From Candidatus Bathyarchaeia archaeon (lineage in GTDB: Archaea > Thermoproteota > Bathyarchaeia > 40CM-2-53-6): 64,000 nucleotides of DNA. The stretch spans positions 159,146-223,145 of the forward strand of contig JBEKSC010000001.1 in NCBI GenBank assembly GCA_049517415.1. Reading direction: 5' to 3'. Below are positions 46,174 to 57,133 of this stretch, one piece after another (positions within the stretch are counted from its first letter, which is position 1; each line of letters opens with the position of its first letter). The translations under genes and the position numbers were made by a program. The notes beneath the pieces are model-generated. The model was not told where the DNA came from and did not search any database. It saw only the letters and a list, made by a program, of their open reading frames with translations.

Positions 46174-47412
46174 TTGGCTAGGTCTTATTCGACACGAATC
46201 TCAGTTGCTGGGTCATTGCTTCTTTCTTCACCACTCTACATTTCAGTTTTCTTGATGCGATTCAGCTTCGGCCTCGTTCTCTTCACGCTCCCAATCTACC
46301 TTCCCAGAGAGGAGTTCTCTAACTTCGTGGTAGGAGTAATTGCAGCCGCTTACCCAATTACGGAGATTCTTGCTGCCCCCGCAATCGGTGTGTTGGTGGA
46401 TTGGTTTGGGAGAAGAAAGTGGATTTACCTTGGCTTGGCGCTCTCAACCTTTGCGTTGTTTGCCTTCACCTTGAATACTGCGGTTTACTATCTCGTGCTC
46501 GTACACGCCGTACAAGGTCTGGCCGCGGCTATGATCGTCGTGAGTACGTTGACCATGGCAACAGACGTGAGTACAACTGCGAACCGCGGCCGTGAGATGG
46601 GGATATACGATTTCGCTAACCTCGGGGGATACGTGGTAGGTATTTTTGCAGCAGGGGTTTTGGTGCGAACACATCTGATAGTAGCCCCGTTCTATTTCGC
46701 TTCAGCCCTGGCGGCGGTCGGGGCGGTCTTCGCATATTTGAGAGTGAAAGAAGCGAAGACGTATGCGAGGCGTTCCGCCCTCTCCCCGATACGAACCCTG
46801 CAACTCCTCTTGACCGATAAACGCGCTGCAGCAATGTTTCCAATATGGTTGTCCGTAACCATATTCATCGGAATGGCTCTCACATTCGGTCCGCGCTTTG
46901 GCCCTTCGCCTCTCCTAACGAGCTTCGTAATCGCAGGCATAGTTCTGCTTCTAGCGTTTTCGCAACCATTCTTCGGCCACCTTTCAGACCATTACGGCAG
47001 AGATAGGCTGATGATGCTGGGAATGGTTTCATTGATCGGCTTTTTCGCTACGGTTATCACAATGTTCAGGCACCGCTTGGACTTGATTTATGTTACTCCA
47101 TTCCTCGTTGTGTTCGGAGTTGGAAGTTTTGCCTTTGCTCCAGCGGCCCTAGCATCACTCGGAGACCTAGCCCCCGAGCGAGGCCGTGGAACAACAATGG
47201 GGATTTACAGTGTAGTAATTAGTTTGGGAACAATTATAGGCCCATTGCTTGGCGGATATTTGCTTGACCGGTATGGGATCTCAAGCTTGTTCTACGCGGG
47301 CCTAGTGATCCTCATCGCTGCGATCAGCATTGCAACTGTCATAATAGGGCCAGATTTCAGAAACCTCAGACCTGTATCTTGGAGAGGTGGGAGATCACGT
47401 CCATCTTCGTGA
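46174..47412 (+). CDS. MFS transporter
   Basis: [10 protein letters not shown] and GHLSDHYGR motif A, about 12 TMs. Confidence 0.93.
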   Translation: MARSYSTRISVAGSLLLSSPLYISVFLMRFSFGLVLFTLPIYLPREEFSNFVVGVIAAAYPITEILAAPAIGVLVDWFGRRKWIYLGLALSTFALFAFTLNTAVYYLVLVHAVQGLAAAMIVVSTLTMATDVSTTANRGREMGIYDFANLGGYVVGIFAAGVLVRTHLIVAPFYFASALAAVGAVFAYLRVKEAKTYARRSALSPIRTLQLLLTDKRAAAMFPIWLSVTIFIGMALTFGPRFGPSPLLTSFVIAGIVLLLAFSQPFFGHLSDHYGRDRLMMLGMVSLIGFFATVITMFRHRLDLIYVTPFLVVFGVGSFAFAPAALASLGDLAPERGRGTTMGIYSVVISLGTIIGPLLGGYLLDRYGISSLFYAGLVILIAAISIATVIIGPDFRNLRPVSWRGGRSRPSS

Positions 47413-47702
47413 GCACACCAATCGCTTTCCCATCCCGAACAACAGCCACTGCGTTGTATTTTCCGGCAAGTTGCTTGTAGAGATTGGATCTTTCCGCTCA
47501 ACGATTGAGCCGCCAGGCTTTAATAATTCCTTTCGTTCAGCATCGTCGATCATCGCAACTCCTATGCGATCCTTCATGCTACCTCCGGGATTTAGGTCCT
47601 GAAGCTTCGCAAGGATAAGGCACTAGGCGCCGTTAGTGACCTTGTAAACCTAACCAGCGGGGTCTTGCCAATTAGGCCGAGAACGTTCTCGTAGCAGTCC
47701 AA
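47366..47702 (-). pseudogene. Cystathionine beta-synthase pseudogene (frameshift, stop, large internal deletion)
   Basis: LIGKTPLVR, frameshift, then [39 protein letters not shown], joined in another frame to the CBS-domain end [23 protein letters not shown]. Confidence 0.85.
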
Positions 47703-47803
47703 AACCAATCATTCAGTTAAATCACTCGTGGAAATCTATAGCTTATGCCTCGCCTGATTTGATTTGCATAATCAATAAATCGGACTGAGCCTCCCTCCGC
47801 ACC

Positions 47804-48157
47804 ATGGAAGCGGTATTCCTCGTTCAACCTTGGGTCCAACCGAGCACAGCAATGGACTGTTGCAAACTTTGCTACCAGGAGAGGGAGGGCAAGAGCCACT
47901 TGGAATGTAAACGTGCTCACTTAGCTGCATACAACTCCCTGCTCGCTGTTCTCAAACTTGAGAGAGGCGCAGAGTTCGAAACAGCTTTGAAACGAATAGA
48001 GGAAGCGAAGGAAAAATGTATCTCAACCGCAAAGCCAGACGAACACTGCCACGCAAAATCTCAGGAAGCGTCGAGTTACACCAAGGGACTCTATGATAAG
48101 ATTCTAGATGAGTATAGGAAGAAGCTGCCGAGCAGACCGCCACCACCTCGTACTTAG
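47804..48157 (+). CDS. Hypothetical Cys-containing helical protein
   Basis: 117 aa ORF with CCKLC and ECKRAH. Confidence 0.55.
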   Translation: MEAVFLVQPWVQPSTAMDCCKLCYQEREGKSHLECKRAHLAAYNSLLAVLKLERGAEFETALKRIEEAKEKCISTAKPDEHCHAKSQEASSYTKGLYDKILDEYRKKLPSRPPPPRT

Positions 48158-48268
48158 TAACTCCGCTCTATCACCGCCCCTTTCCTCGCGTATGGATCCC
48201 TTAGGGTCTTCACAATTTTGGGTCATGTTTAAGGCGAATGCCGACAAGAACAGTGGGTTTGAGTAGAA

Positions 48269-50014
48269 TTGGAACCGAAAAAATCGCCAAAGATACATTG
48301 GATGGATTGGACTGACGAGGCCTTTGAGCGGGCGAAGAGTGAGAACAAACCCGTTCTTCTCGATATTAGCGCTGTGTGGTGCCATTGGTGCCATAGATTG
48401 GACCACGATACATATTCTGTCCCGGAAGTTGCTGAGTATATTGAATCCAACTTTATTCCAATCCGAGTGGACACTGATAAGCGGCCCGACATTAACCGAA
48501 GGTATAACATGGGCGGATGGCCAACGACCGCCTTCCTCACCCCCGACGGCCGCGTGATTGGCGGTGGAACATACATGCCGCCTGAACAGATGCGGCAGGT
48601 CTTGAGGGATGTTAAGTCATTTTGGGGGAAGTCCCAAGGTAAACCAGCACCTGAACTGGAGATGCCCCCACCTGAGAGCATCCCGACCGGCCAACTGTCG
48701 CCTCTAATCGTTGATGAGATTCTTGGGGAAGTTGCAAACAATTTCGACCCTATCTACGGTGGGTTCGGTTCGCAACCAAAATTCCCCAACACCGAAGCCC
48801 ACGAACTCGCCCTCTTGAAGTACCATTACAGCGGCAACCACGAATTCCTCCGATTCGCGCTTTTGACGCTTCAGAACGTTGGACGCAGCGGCACATACGA
48901 CAAGGAGATGGGGGGCTTCTTCAGGTACTCAACGCTGAGAGACTGGAGCGTCCCACACTTCGAGAAGATGTGCGAGGATAACGCGAAATGGTTAACCCTG
49001 TATCTGCATGTGTATCAGGTTACGGGCGAACCATTCTACGCTGACATCGCGAGGGGAATTATCGATTACGTGAACACCTGGCTAAGCGACCAAGAGCATG
49101 GATGCTTCTACGGCAGCCAAGATGCTGATGAGGAATACTACAAGTTAAACAAGGCCGAACGTGCGAAAACAAAACCACCGTTCATTGACAAACACATTTA
49201 CACAAACTGGAACGCAATGATGACCTCCGCATACTTGGAAGCATCCTTCACACTCGGCGAAATGTCCACCCGAGAATTCGGACTGAAGAGTTTGGAAAGG
49301 CTGTTGAACCTCAACCATAAGCCAGGCGAGGGCATGTACCACTATCACGACGGCCGGCCACACCTCGAGAACCAACTTGCTGACCAAGTGCAAACTGCGA
49401 AGGCCTTGTGTTCTGCTTACGAGTGCAGGGGTGATCGAAAGTTTTTGGAATTAGCAGAAGAACTGATGGAAATTGCTGGACGAAAATTGTATGATGGAGA
49501 GTATGGCGCTTTCTTCGACACAATCGTGGACCTCAACGCGCCTGGCTTTCTAAGTAAACCTGCGAAACCGCTTGAAGAAAATAGCACTGCGGCCCTAGTA
49601 TTATCGAAGCTATTCCATCTGACTGGGAAGCAGGTTTACCGAAAGCAAGCTGAGGAAACATTGAAGCGATTCGCCGAAATTTACCCTCAATTCGGGTTTA
49701 TGGCAGCTGAATACGCCATAGCAGTAGACACGTTCCTTAACGAACCGACAACTGTGCGCATTCTGGGTTCACCCGAGAACCCAGGGACGAAAGGCCTCGT
49801 GACGGAAGCACACCGAGTCTATGAACCGCGCAAAATCATCCAAGTCCTAGACCCGAAGAAGGATTCCGAAACGATAGCTGCCCTCGGCTATCCTAACGCG
49901 GAACAACCCACCGCCTACGTTTGCGTCGGAACAGTTTGCACAGCACCGATCATAGAACCGAAACAAATCGGGTTGGAAATAGGCAGAATGATAGCTGGGC
50001 GACTTAAGAGGTAA
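48269..50014 (+). CDS. Thioredoxin-domain/six-hairpin glycosidase-like protein (YyaL/DUF255 family)
   Basis: WCHWCH, GGWPTT, GGFGSQPKFP, PHFEKM, AYVC..C. Confidence 0.92.
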   Translation: MEPKKSPKIHWMDWTDEAFERAKSENKPVLLDISAVWCHWCHRLDHDTYSVPEVAEYIESNFIPIRVDTDKRPDINRRYNMGGWPTTAFLTPDGRVIGGGTYMPPEQMRQVLRDVKSFWGKSQGKPAPELEMPPPESIPTGQLSPLIVDEILGEVANNFDPIYGGFGSQPKFPNTEAHELALLKYHYSGNHEFLRFALLTLQNVGRSGTYDKEMGGFFRYSTLRDWSVPHFEKMCEDNAKWLTLYLHVYQVTGEPFYADIARGIIDYVNTWLSDQEHGCFYGSQDADEEYYKLNKAERAKTKPPFIDKHIYTNWNAMMTSAYLEASFTLGEMSTREFGLKSLERLLNLNHKPGEGMYHYHDGRPHLENQLADQVQTAKALCSAYECRGDRKFLELAEELMEIAGRKLYDGEYGAFFDTIVDLNAPGFLSKPAKPLEENSTAALVLSKLFHLTGKQVYRKQAEETLKRFAEIYPQFGFMAAEYAIAVDTFLNEPTTVRILGSPENPGTKGLVTEAHRVYEPRKIIQVLDPKKDSETIAALGYPNAEQPTAYVCVGTVCTAPIIEPKQIGLEIGRMIAGRLKR

Positions 50015-50486
50015 GGTTCAGATCTGTAATTTCTAACTTTCTTTTGATTTCTTCCATCTCGTCTGGGCGCACGAGTTTCCTTGCAGTGAAACCTGCGCTG
50101 TCGTTCGGATCGCGTGGAATTATGTGGACGTGCACGTGCGGTATGAGTTGGTTGGCGGCCGCGCCGTCATTTATTGAAATGTGTGATGCGGATGCACCGA
50201 CTTTCGATATTATGTGGCGGTTTAGGGCCTGGACCCGTGCGTATAACGCGCAGAACTCTCTCTGGGGTATGTCGTTGACGCGTTCAAAGTGCTTCTTTGG
50301 CAGTACGAGTGTATGTCCAATGGAAATTGGATACTTGTCTAAGAAAGCTATGTACCCTTCATCTTCGTAGATAATATATGACCCCGTAGCCCGCTTGACG
50401 ATGTCGCAGAAGACGCATTCCAAACCGACAACATTTCCTTTGGCATCACAATACGGGTTAGTAGGGCCGCCTAAACAGTTAACCAT
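50004..50486 (-). CDS. HIT family hydrolase (true start probably near LECVFC)
   Basis: CVFC, GHTLVLPKKH, HVHVHIIPR. Confidence 0.93.
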   Translation of the reverse strand: MVNCLGGPTNPYCDAKGNVVGLECVFCDIVKRATGSYIIYEDEGYIAFLDKYPISIGHTLVLPKKHFERVNDIPQREFCALYARVQALNRHIISKVGASASHISINDGAAANQLIPHVHVHIIPRDPNDSAGFTARKLVRPDEMEEIKRKLEITDLNLTS

Positions 50487-50617
50487 TCGCTCCTGTGGTA
50501 ATTTACGCCGAAAAGACGGTGGTTTTGTCTTTCTCTCTGAAGTTTACGTGAAAGACACTTTCACTTAGCTCTCTTGTTTATTTTTACAGGGTGTCAATTA
50601 TCCTTTTGTGAGGTACT

Positions 50618-50941
50618 TTGCCGCTGAGACCTCTGCTCTTGAAGACTCTGGGCAGTGAGGCCCGGTTGAGGATCCTGTTGGTTCTAGCTCGCAATCGGAG
50701 TGAGGATTTGACCATCTATAAGATTGCAAAGTTCAGCGGGCTGGATAGGAAGGTTATACGGAAGCATTTAGAGAAACTGATAGCGGCGAACCTTGTTCAC
50801 ATGAAGAGTTACGGCCCCGTATACGTCTACGGCATAAACGGCGACAGCGCCCCCGTCCAACGAGTCATAGACCTATTCAATGAAGCAAGGCTACTAGCAC
50901 AAGTCCCAGTTCAACTACACTGGTACGACATACGCGCTTGA
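50618..50941 (+). CDS. ArsR-like winged-helix regulator
   Basis: LGSEARLRIL..IAKFSGL..HLEKL. Confidence 0.75.
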   Translation: MPLRPLLLKTLGSEARLRILLVLARNRSEDLTIYKIAKFSGLDRKVIRKHLEKLIAANLVHMKSYGPVYVYGINGDSAPVQRVIDLFNEARLLAQVPVQLHWYDIRA

Positions 50942-51023
50942 GCTTCAGTTCTGCCAGGCAGCAAGCCCAAACAGGTTTGTCAAGCCTCATGAACAACTTG
51001 AATATTCTACGGACAAAGCCTAG

Positions 51024-51353
51024 TTGGAGGATAGTGTCGTGGCTAAGACTTCGCTCGGTCGGGTTGCATACTTGTTGGTTCTGGTTGGCGGCATTTTGAT
51101 GATTCTGCTCAGCGTGCTCAGTTTTCTGGGGATCGAATTCATGAGTTTCGGGATGCCTGGGCTCGGGCTCTCCGCTAGCTTTGGAGCGATACTGGGCATA
51201 ATACTTGGGATAGTCGCTATCTTCGGTTCGAAGCATGTTACTGAACTTGTCTGGGCAATCGTTCTCATAGTCATCGGCTATGTGGGCGCAGGAATCGGTG
51301 GCCTCCTTGTCCTGGTTGGAGGCATTCTAGGTTTACTCTCGAGGTACATCTAG
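51024..51353 (+). CDS. Small Gly-rich membrane protein
   Basis: 3-4 TMs, repeated LVLVGGIL. Confidence 0.75.
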   Translation: MEDSVVAKTSLGRVAYLLVLVGGILMILLSVLSFLGIEFMSFGMPGLGLSASFGAILGIILGIVAIFGSKHVTELVWAIVLIVIGYVGAGIGGLLVLVGGILGLLSRYI

Positions 51354-51411
51354 TAGAGTGGCGGAACCGAGAGTCCTAGGTTGGCCTTGTGCGTCTAGGC
51401 CTGCGGCCGCG

Positions 51412-53388
51412 TTATGTGCAGATGGCTTCAATTTCGGCTACGAGCTGACGGTTGGTGAAGTTCTGCTGTTCAATCGCGCTGGAAGGACAGGCCGCCACGC
51501 AGACGCCACATCCTTTGCATAGGGCCTCGTTTACTGAAGCGAGCTTCCTTTCCTCGTCGTAGGTTATCGCGTGGTATGGGCATAATTCAACGCATATCTT
51601 GCAACCAGAGCATAAGGCCTCATTGATTACTGCGATTGCGGGTTCAAGTTCCACTGCCTTCCTATCAATGAGCGAGAGGACGTTGGCGGCTGCGGCCGCT
51701 CCCTGTGCTACGCTATCTGGAATGTCCTTTGGCCCTTGGCAAGCCCCTGCAACAAAGACCCCATCGACGGCCGTGGAGACGGGTGCAAGCTTCGGATGTT
51801 TTTCTAGGAAGAAGCCATCCTTGCTTCTGCTGATTGAAAACGTGTGTGCAACATCGAGTACGTCCCGCCTGGGCTCAAGTCCAACACTAAGAATCACCAT
51901 ATCGACTGGGATCCTCCGCACGATGCCTAGAAGCGTATCTTCAGCCACAACCACTAACTTGCCTTTCTCGGAGGTAGCTTCGCTTACGTTCGTAACTTCG
52001 GCTACCCTTCCGCGGATGAAGGTTACGTCTTCTTCGAGTAGCCGTTTGTAGAATTCCTCGTAGCCTTTCCCAAACGCCCGCATGTCAATGTAGAATTCGT
52101 ATACCTTCCCGGCTGTCTTCTCCCGAACCAGGTGAGCCGTCTTTAGTGAGTACATGCAGCAGACTCTTGAGCAGTATTCGTTGTAGTTGTGATCTCGGCT
52201 TCCAACGCAATGGATGATTGCCACGCTCTCAGGAGTCTTACCGTTCTTGAGAACTACATTGCCCCCCGTTGGGCCTGAGGCGTGCGTCAACCGTTCGAAT
52301 TCCAGGCTTGTTATGACGTTGGGCAACCTGCCGTACCCGTATTCTTTGATGCGCGCGCCGTCGAAAACATCGAAACCCGTGGCGAGGATTGCTGAGCCAA
52401 CGGGCACCTCAACAAACTTCTCTTTCTGTTCAAAGTCTATTGCGCCCTTCGGGCAGAACTTCACGCAGACCTTGCAGACACCTTTTGTGAAGTATAGGCA
52501 GTGTTCCCTGTCGATGACCGGGGTGCCTGGGACGGCTTGAGGGAACGGCCGGTAGATTGCCTTTCTTTTGCCTAAGCCGCAGTCAAACTCGCTTGGTACG
52601 CTTAGTGGACATTTTTGTTCGCATTGGCCGCAGCCTGTGCATTTCTCCTCGTCGATGTACCTCGGCCTCTTGCGTATTCGCGCGGTGAAGTTCCCTACGT
52701 AGCCGGAAAAGTCGGTAACGACGCTGTAGGTTAGGAGCTCAATGTTCGGGTGATGGCCTACGGACACCATCTTGGGAGTGAGGATGCAGGCCGCGCAGTC
52801 GAGTGTGGGAAAAGTCTTGTCAAACCGCGCCATGTAACCCCCGATTGATGATTCCTTCTCTACAAGGTACACCTTCTTCCCCGAATCTGCAATTTGAAGC
52901 GCAGCCTCAATTCCCGTGATGCCGCCTCCAACGATCAACACGTCTGGGTTCACTGGGACCTTCTTTACCTCGAGTGGTTCGTGGAAAGCCACACGCATTA
53001 CGGCTGCGCCGACGATGGCCTTAGCGCGTTCAGTCGCTAACTCTTTGTCTTCCGTTATCCACGAGCATTGTTCCCGTATGTTGGCCATTTGAAACAGGAA
53101 CGGGTTCAGGCCCGCGCCGGCAACCGCGCGGCGGAAGGTTGTCTCATGCATCAACGGGGAACATGAAGCAACGACTACTCGGGTTAGACCAAGCTCGCTG
53201 ATATCCTTCCTGATCATTTCTTGCCCTGGGTCGGAGCACGTGTACTGGTAATCCCGGGCCACAACTACGTTAGGAAGACGACACGCATACTCGGCAACGG
53301 CCTTGCAGTCTACGGTGCGGGCTATGTTCGTCCCGCAGTGGCAGACGTAGACGCCTATCTTTTCTGGCAACTCTCGTACAACCACCAA
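51412..53388 (-). CDS. hdrA: Heterodisulfide reductase subunit A
   Basis: GVYVCHCGTNI, ASCSP, NIREQC, KTFPTLDC, HCVGSRD, CSRVCC, inserted and C-terminal ferredoxin motifs. Confidence 0.96.
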   Translation of the reverse strand: MVVVRELPEKIGVYVCHCGTNIARTVDCKAVAEYACRLPNVVVARDYQYTCSDPGQEMIRKDISELGLTRVVVASCSPLMHETTFRRAVAGAGLNPFLFQMANIREQCSWITEDKELATERAKAIVGAAVMRVAFHEPLEVKKVPVNPDVLIVGGGITGIEAALQIADSGKKVYLVEKESSIGGYMARFDKTFPTLDCAACILTPKMVSVGHHPNIELLTYSVVTDFSGYVGNFTARIRKRPRYIDEEKCTGCGQCEQKCPLSVPSEFDCGLGKRKAIYRPFPQAVPGTPVIDREHCLYFTKGVCKVCVKFCPKGAIDFEQKEKFVEVPVGSAILATGFDVFDGARIKEYGYGRLPNVITSLEFERLTHASGPTGGNVVLKNGKTPESVAIIHCVGSRDHNYNEYCSRVCCMYSLKTAHLVREKTAGKVYEFYIDMRAFGKGYEEFYKRLLEEDVTFIRGRVAEVTNVSEATSEKGKLVVVAEDTLLGIVRRIPVDMVILSVGLEPRRDVLDVAHTFSISRSKDGFFLEKHPKLAPVSTAVDGVFVAGACQGPKDIPDSVAQGAAAAANVLSLIDRKAVELEPAIAVINEALCSGCKICVELCPYHAITYDEERKLASVNEALCKGCGVCVAACPSSAIEQQNFTNRQLVAEIEAICT

Positions 53389-54260
53389 GTTTTCTTCAGC
53401 AATTGTTTGCTAGGCGTTAGCTCGTCGTCAACGCCAAGCGATTTTCTCGAGAAACCGAAAGCTAGGCCGAGAAGTTGTGTAAAGTATAGGATTGGAATTT
53501 TGAAGTCTGTTCCGAAGAGATTGTTCACATTGCCCTGATACGCTTCCAGGTTGATGTGGCATAATGGACAGAGAGTGGCAATGCACTCTGCACCATTTTG
53601 CTTCGCCGCTTCGAGGATGTTTCTTGTCAAACCCAGTGCAACGTCTTCGTTAGTCATCATTAACATGCCACCGCAGCATTTTGTTTTCAACGGAAAATCG
53701 ACCGGCTTGGCTCCCAGCCAGGAGAGCAGCTTGTCAAGCATCATTGGGAACTCCTTGTCGTCTATCTCTCCGAACGGCCGCGTCAGCTGGCAACCATAAT
53801 ATGGTGCGACCATTAGATTGGTGAGTGGCTTCTTTGTTCTGGCTTTGACCTTGCCTTCCCCAACTTCGTTAACAATCACTTCGAGGAGATGCCTAACCCT
53901 TGCCCCTCCCTGATATTGCATACCTGTAACGCCCAGAGCTGCGTTGACTGCCCTCCTCAGTTTCGGATCTTCGCCCATGTAGCGGTTCGTCTTGGTTAGA
54001 GTTGTTAGGCAGGCGGGGCAGACTACGACTAGATCTCTTTTTTCTTTCTCCGCCAACGCCAAGTTTCTTGCTGAGAGAAGGTGTGCCCTCTGTTCGTTGA
54101 TGGCCATGTATGACGTGGCGCCGCAACAGTTCCAGTCAGTTAGCTCAGTTAGGTTGATGTCGAGTGCCTCGCATACAACACGGGTGGCCTTATCGTAGGC
54201 TTTGTTCATTCCTTCGACCGAGCAACCCGGGTAGTATGAGAATTGAACCTGAGACTGCAA
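53355..54260 (-). CDS. hdrB: Heterodisulfide reductase subunit B
   Basis: YYPGC, WNCCG, YYGC, KCCGG, CPLC; likely TTG start 54260. Confidence 0.95.
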   Translation of the reverse strand: MQSQVQFSYYPGCSVEGMNKAYDKATRVVCEALDINLTELTDWNCCGATSYMAINEQRAHLLSARNLALAEKEKRDLVVVCPACLTTLTKTNRYMGEDPKLRRAVNAALGVTGMQYQGGARVRHLLEVIVNEVGEGKVKARTKKPLTNLMVAPYYGCQLTRPFGEIDDKEFPMMLDKLLSWLGAKPVDFPLKTKCCGGMLMMTNEDVALGLTRNILEAAKQNGAECIATLCPLCHINLEAYQGNVNNLFGTDFKIPILYFTQLLGLAFGFSRKSLGVDDELTPSKQLLKKTWWLYESCQKR

Positions 54261-54264
54261 CCTT

Positions 54265-54870
54265 CTACTGCGCCCCCTTTGCGGCTGTTCCCGCATGCAC
54301 TCCTGAGACCAGCATCTCAGTGCTCTTGCGTAAGTCGCGTGTTCCCTTGATGCGGTGAGGAATGAGAGGCATTCTGCCACGCATGAAGAGTTTGTAAGCC
54401 CGCGGAATCATCTTGACGATGGAAAAGGGATTTGTCTTCATCATGAACTTGCTAACGAGCTCGGTTTCTGATATTCGGCCGTACTTATCGACGATGCTGA
54501 CGAATAGTTTCGATACCATTGGCGTTTTAACATTCTTCGGAACAAGGTTGAACTCGATTGCGAGCCGTTTGAGCTCGTACATGACGTCTGTTAGTTTGAT
54601 TCCTGAAGGGCACCTGACGGTGCAGGAGTAGCATGAGACGCAGAGCCAGATTGTGTTGCTCTTCAGAACACGATCAAGCATTCCAGCCCTAAGCGCTGCA
54701 ATGACCTCTCGTGGCGTATAGTCCATCGCGTAGCTCGTCGGGCAGGAGGCACTGCAGGTCCCGCATTGAATGCATTCCTTGACCTTCTCCCCGCCGGGTA
54801 TGGCGTAAACGTCCTCGAGGAACACTTCGCTTAGCGAGTCCACTCTCCGATCCGCGTGCTCCATTTGCAT
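54265..54870 (-). CDS. hdrC: Heterodisulfide reductase subunit C
   Basis: CIQCGTCSASCP and CVSCYSCTVRCP. Confidence 0.94.
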   Translation of the reverse strand: MQMEHADRRVDSLSEVFLEDVYAIPGGEKVKECIQCGTCSASCPTSYAMDYTPREVIAALRAGMLDRVLKSNTIWLCVSCYSCTVRCPSGIKLTDVMYELKRLAIEFNLVPKNVKTPMVSKLFVSIVDKYGRISETELVSKFMMKTNPFSIVKMIPRAYKLFMRGRMPLIPHRIKGTRDLRKSTEMLVSGVHAGTAAKGAQ

Positions 54871-55017
54871 GAGTATCGCACGACGCGTTAGGAAAGTAGG
54901 GTCTTATGTTTAGCATATAGACTGGCATGGCAAGTATAGAACAATAAGTAGACTAAATGCATCGCATCCCATCAATACGCCAATAATTGACCGATTACAG
55001 GGATATCACGAAGAAGA

Positions 55018-55251
55018 ATGAGTGCAATACGCCCGGAACAGGTCCTCAAGGTTCTCGAGATTACGGACTCATTGAACCTGCACCGAGAGTCCGTCGTCAT
55101 ACCGCTAAAGACCGAAGAGAACGGGAACATTACGATTCTCCCCGACGGACGCCTCCGAATAGTATGCCCAGAAAGAGAACAGTTCACACCTTGGCTAGAG
55201 CAGCTGCGTGCTGAGTTGCAGGGGATAGATCTATCAAAGGTTAGACAGTAG
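55018..55251 (+). CDS. Hypothetical protein
   Basis: 77 aa ORF with protein-like composition. Confidence 0.6.
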   Translation: MSAIRPEQVLKVLEITDSLNLHRESVVIPLKTEENGNITILPDGRLRIVCPEREQFTPWLEQLRAELQGIDLSKVRQ

Positions 55252-55291
55252 AAGCGAGATAGCTCGCTCACAACATGGACTTAACCATTTT

Positions 55292-55625
55292 ATGATGTCG
55301 CAGGTCACTAATCAAACGAGATATGACTTGAATCACAAGGGCATGCGGGCCGCTTTGCCCATTTTTCTTCCGGCAATTCTAGTTCGAATGATAATCGCTC
55401 CATTTACAGGGCATCCCTATGATCTCAGCATCTGCATGGCAACCGGTAGAAATGTAGCGAACCTGACCTCACCCTATCAACTTCATCTGAGCCTGAGTTA
55501 TCTCCCGCTCTGGGCCTACTGGTGTGGCTTGGCTTAAGTTATTCCAACGAATGATGCCAGCTACAGTTTTTTTCCACATCTTCCTCATTAAACTTCCAAT
55601 AATTCTTGGGGCATATTGCCTGTAA
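55292..55625 (+). pseudogene. Fragment of a GT-C type (GT87/DUF2029-like) membrane glycosyltransferase
   Basis: RMIIAPFTGHPYD..SPY..YLPLW, stop, then FLIKLPII in a shifted frame; rest missing. Confidence 0.6.
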
Positions 55626-55719
55626 GTAGCATTGACGCTAATTCGCAGCATGATCAGACCATTTAGGGCGCAAGAACTCGAGCTTAGAGCTTAGGGGAAG
55701 AGGGAGCAGCCGCTAATAG

Positions 55720-56802
55720 TTAGCGTGTTGCCCAGTTTAGAATTGTTTCTTGCTCCGAGTCAACCTTTCTCAGGTTAGCTGCTCGAACGCCGACCAGGCG
55801 AATTTTCTCCGGGGTATTCTGGAATTCGCGGAAGAGTTTTCTTACATATTCTGTGATTACCGCTTTGTCGTTGGTGTACCTTGTGTGGGTTCTTGCTCGA
55901 GTGAAGGTTGTGAAGTCTTCGAGGCGTACCTTGATGCCCACGGTGCGGAAAAGGACCTTCTGGGACAGGACACGAGCGTGGACATCATCGATCAGCGAAG
56001 CAAACGCTTCCATTACCTTTTCCCGGTCGGCTACGTCTTCTTCGAACGTGGTTTCTGAGCTGATGGATTTGATTGAGTAGGATGTTATTACTTCTTCGTC
56101 GTCTAGGCCGTTGGCCACCTGCCAAAGGCGCGTCCCGTACTTACCGAAGACCTCAACCAACTTGCCGGGATAGGTTGCGGCGAGATCCCCAATCGTTTTG
56201 ATACCCATCCCCTCAAGAACCTCAGAACTCTTCTTACCGACACCGCTAATCTTTCCTGCAGGTAATGGAGATAGAAATTCGTGTACTTTCTCTGGCGGAA
56301 CTATGGTTAGGCCGTCTGGTTTCTTGAAGTCCGTGGCGATTTTGGCGACTGATTTGTTTGGTGCGAGGCCCACCGAACAAGTGAGCTGAGCCTTCCCCTT
56401 CACTTCATCCTTTATTTTTCTAGCCAACGCAGCCGCTTCTCCAAAGCTCGTGATTTTTCCTGAAACGTCCATGAATGCCTCGTCGATGCTCATAGGCTCA
56501 AGTTTCTCCGTGAACTGCTTGAGCAGTTGCATGACTTGCTCTGAAACCTGTTCGTAGAGGGGGAAGTTTGGCCTGAGGTAGACGCCGTTTGGGCATAGCC
56601 GGTAGGCTATGGAGATGGGTTGGGCGGAGTGTACGCCGAACTTTCGGGCCTCATATGAGCAGCCGGCGACGACGCCCCTGCCTTTTCCACCTTTCGGGTC
56701 TGCTCCAACTATAACGGGCTTACCGCGCAAGTCTGGGTTCTCGCGTTGCTCAACGGACGAGTAGAACGCATCCATATCGATGTGCATAATAGCCCTGAGC
56801 AA
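55720..56802 (-). CDS. dinB: DNA polymerase IV (Y family)
   Basis: HIDMDAFYSSVE, SYEARKFGV, SIDEAF, KKPDG. Confidence 0.96.
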   Translation of the reverse strand: MLRAIMHIDMDAFYSSVEQRENPDLRGKPVIVGADPKGGKGRGVVAGCSYEARKFGVHSAQPISIAYRLCPNGVYLRPNFPLYEQVSEQVMQLLKQFTEKLEPMSIDEAFMDVSGKITSFGEAAALARKIKDEVKGKAQLTCSVGLAPNKSVAKIATDFKKPDGLTIVPPEKVHEFLSPLPAGKISGVGKKSSEVLEGMGIKTIGDLAATYPGKLVEVFGKYGTRLWQVANGLDDEEVITSYSIKSISSETTFEEDVADREKVMEAFASLIDDVHARVLSQKVLFRTVGIKVRLEDFTTFTRARTHTRYTNDKAVITEYVRKLFREFQNTPEKIRLVGVRAANLRKVDSEQETILNWATR

Positions 56803-57133
56803 CTTCCCACGCGCGGATCACAAGCGTAATTTGATAATAGATAAAAGATTAGGAGACCTCAGTGTCGAAGACCACGCTCAAGCAAATCCTTCTCCCGCCG
56901 ACGATCCTCTGCTAACTCCCGGAGAAGGATTATGGGTATACATGGCGGTAGCCGCCATCCTAAACCCGTAAGCCTCCTTTTTCTACTCACAAGATAATCA
57001 CTTCCGACCCAGCCTCTCTCAACACAGACCTTCGAAGTAGCTGTAACCTTGGACCCGCCGAACCAGCTTCCAACCTAAGGGTTCAAAACAGAGCTGCTTT
57101 GAGAGGTATGGTGTTCGAGGCTTACGAGGCTAA

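Noticed and set aside
30923..54870. Selenocysteine recoding in XDH or HdrA
   Set aside because: ORFs are uninterrupted; HdrA has Cys in TLDCAAC; TGA codons after the MoaD GG motifs are genuine stops
51412..54870. Evidence for methanogenesis
   Set aside because: HdrABC is widespread in non-methanogens; no mcr/mtr in the window
57010..57110. Possible long hairpin upstream of the alpha/beta hydrolase
   Set aside because: Pairing is short and bulged; cannot distinguish from chance without folding statistics
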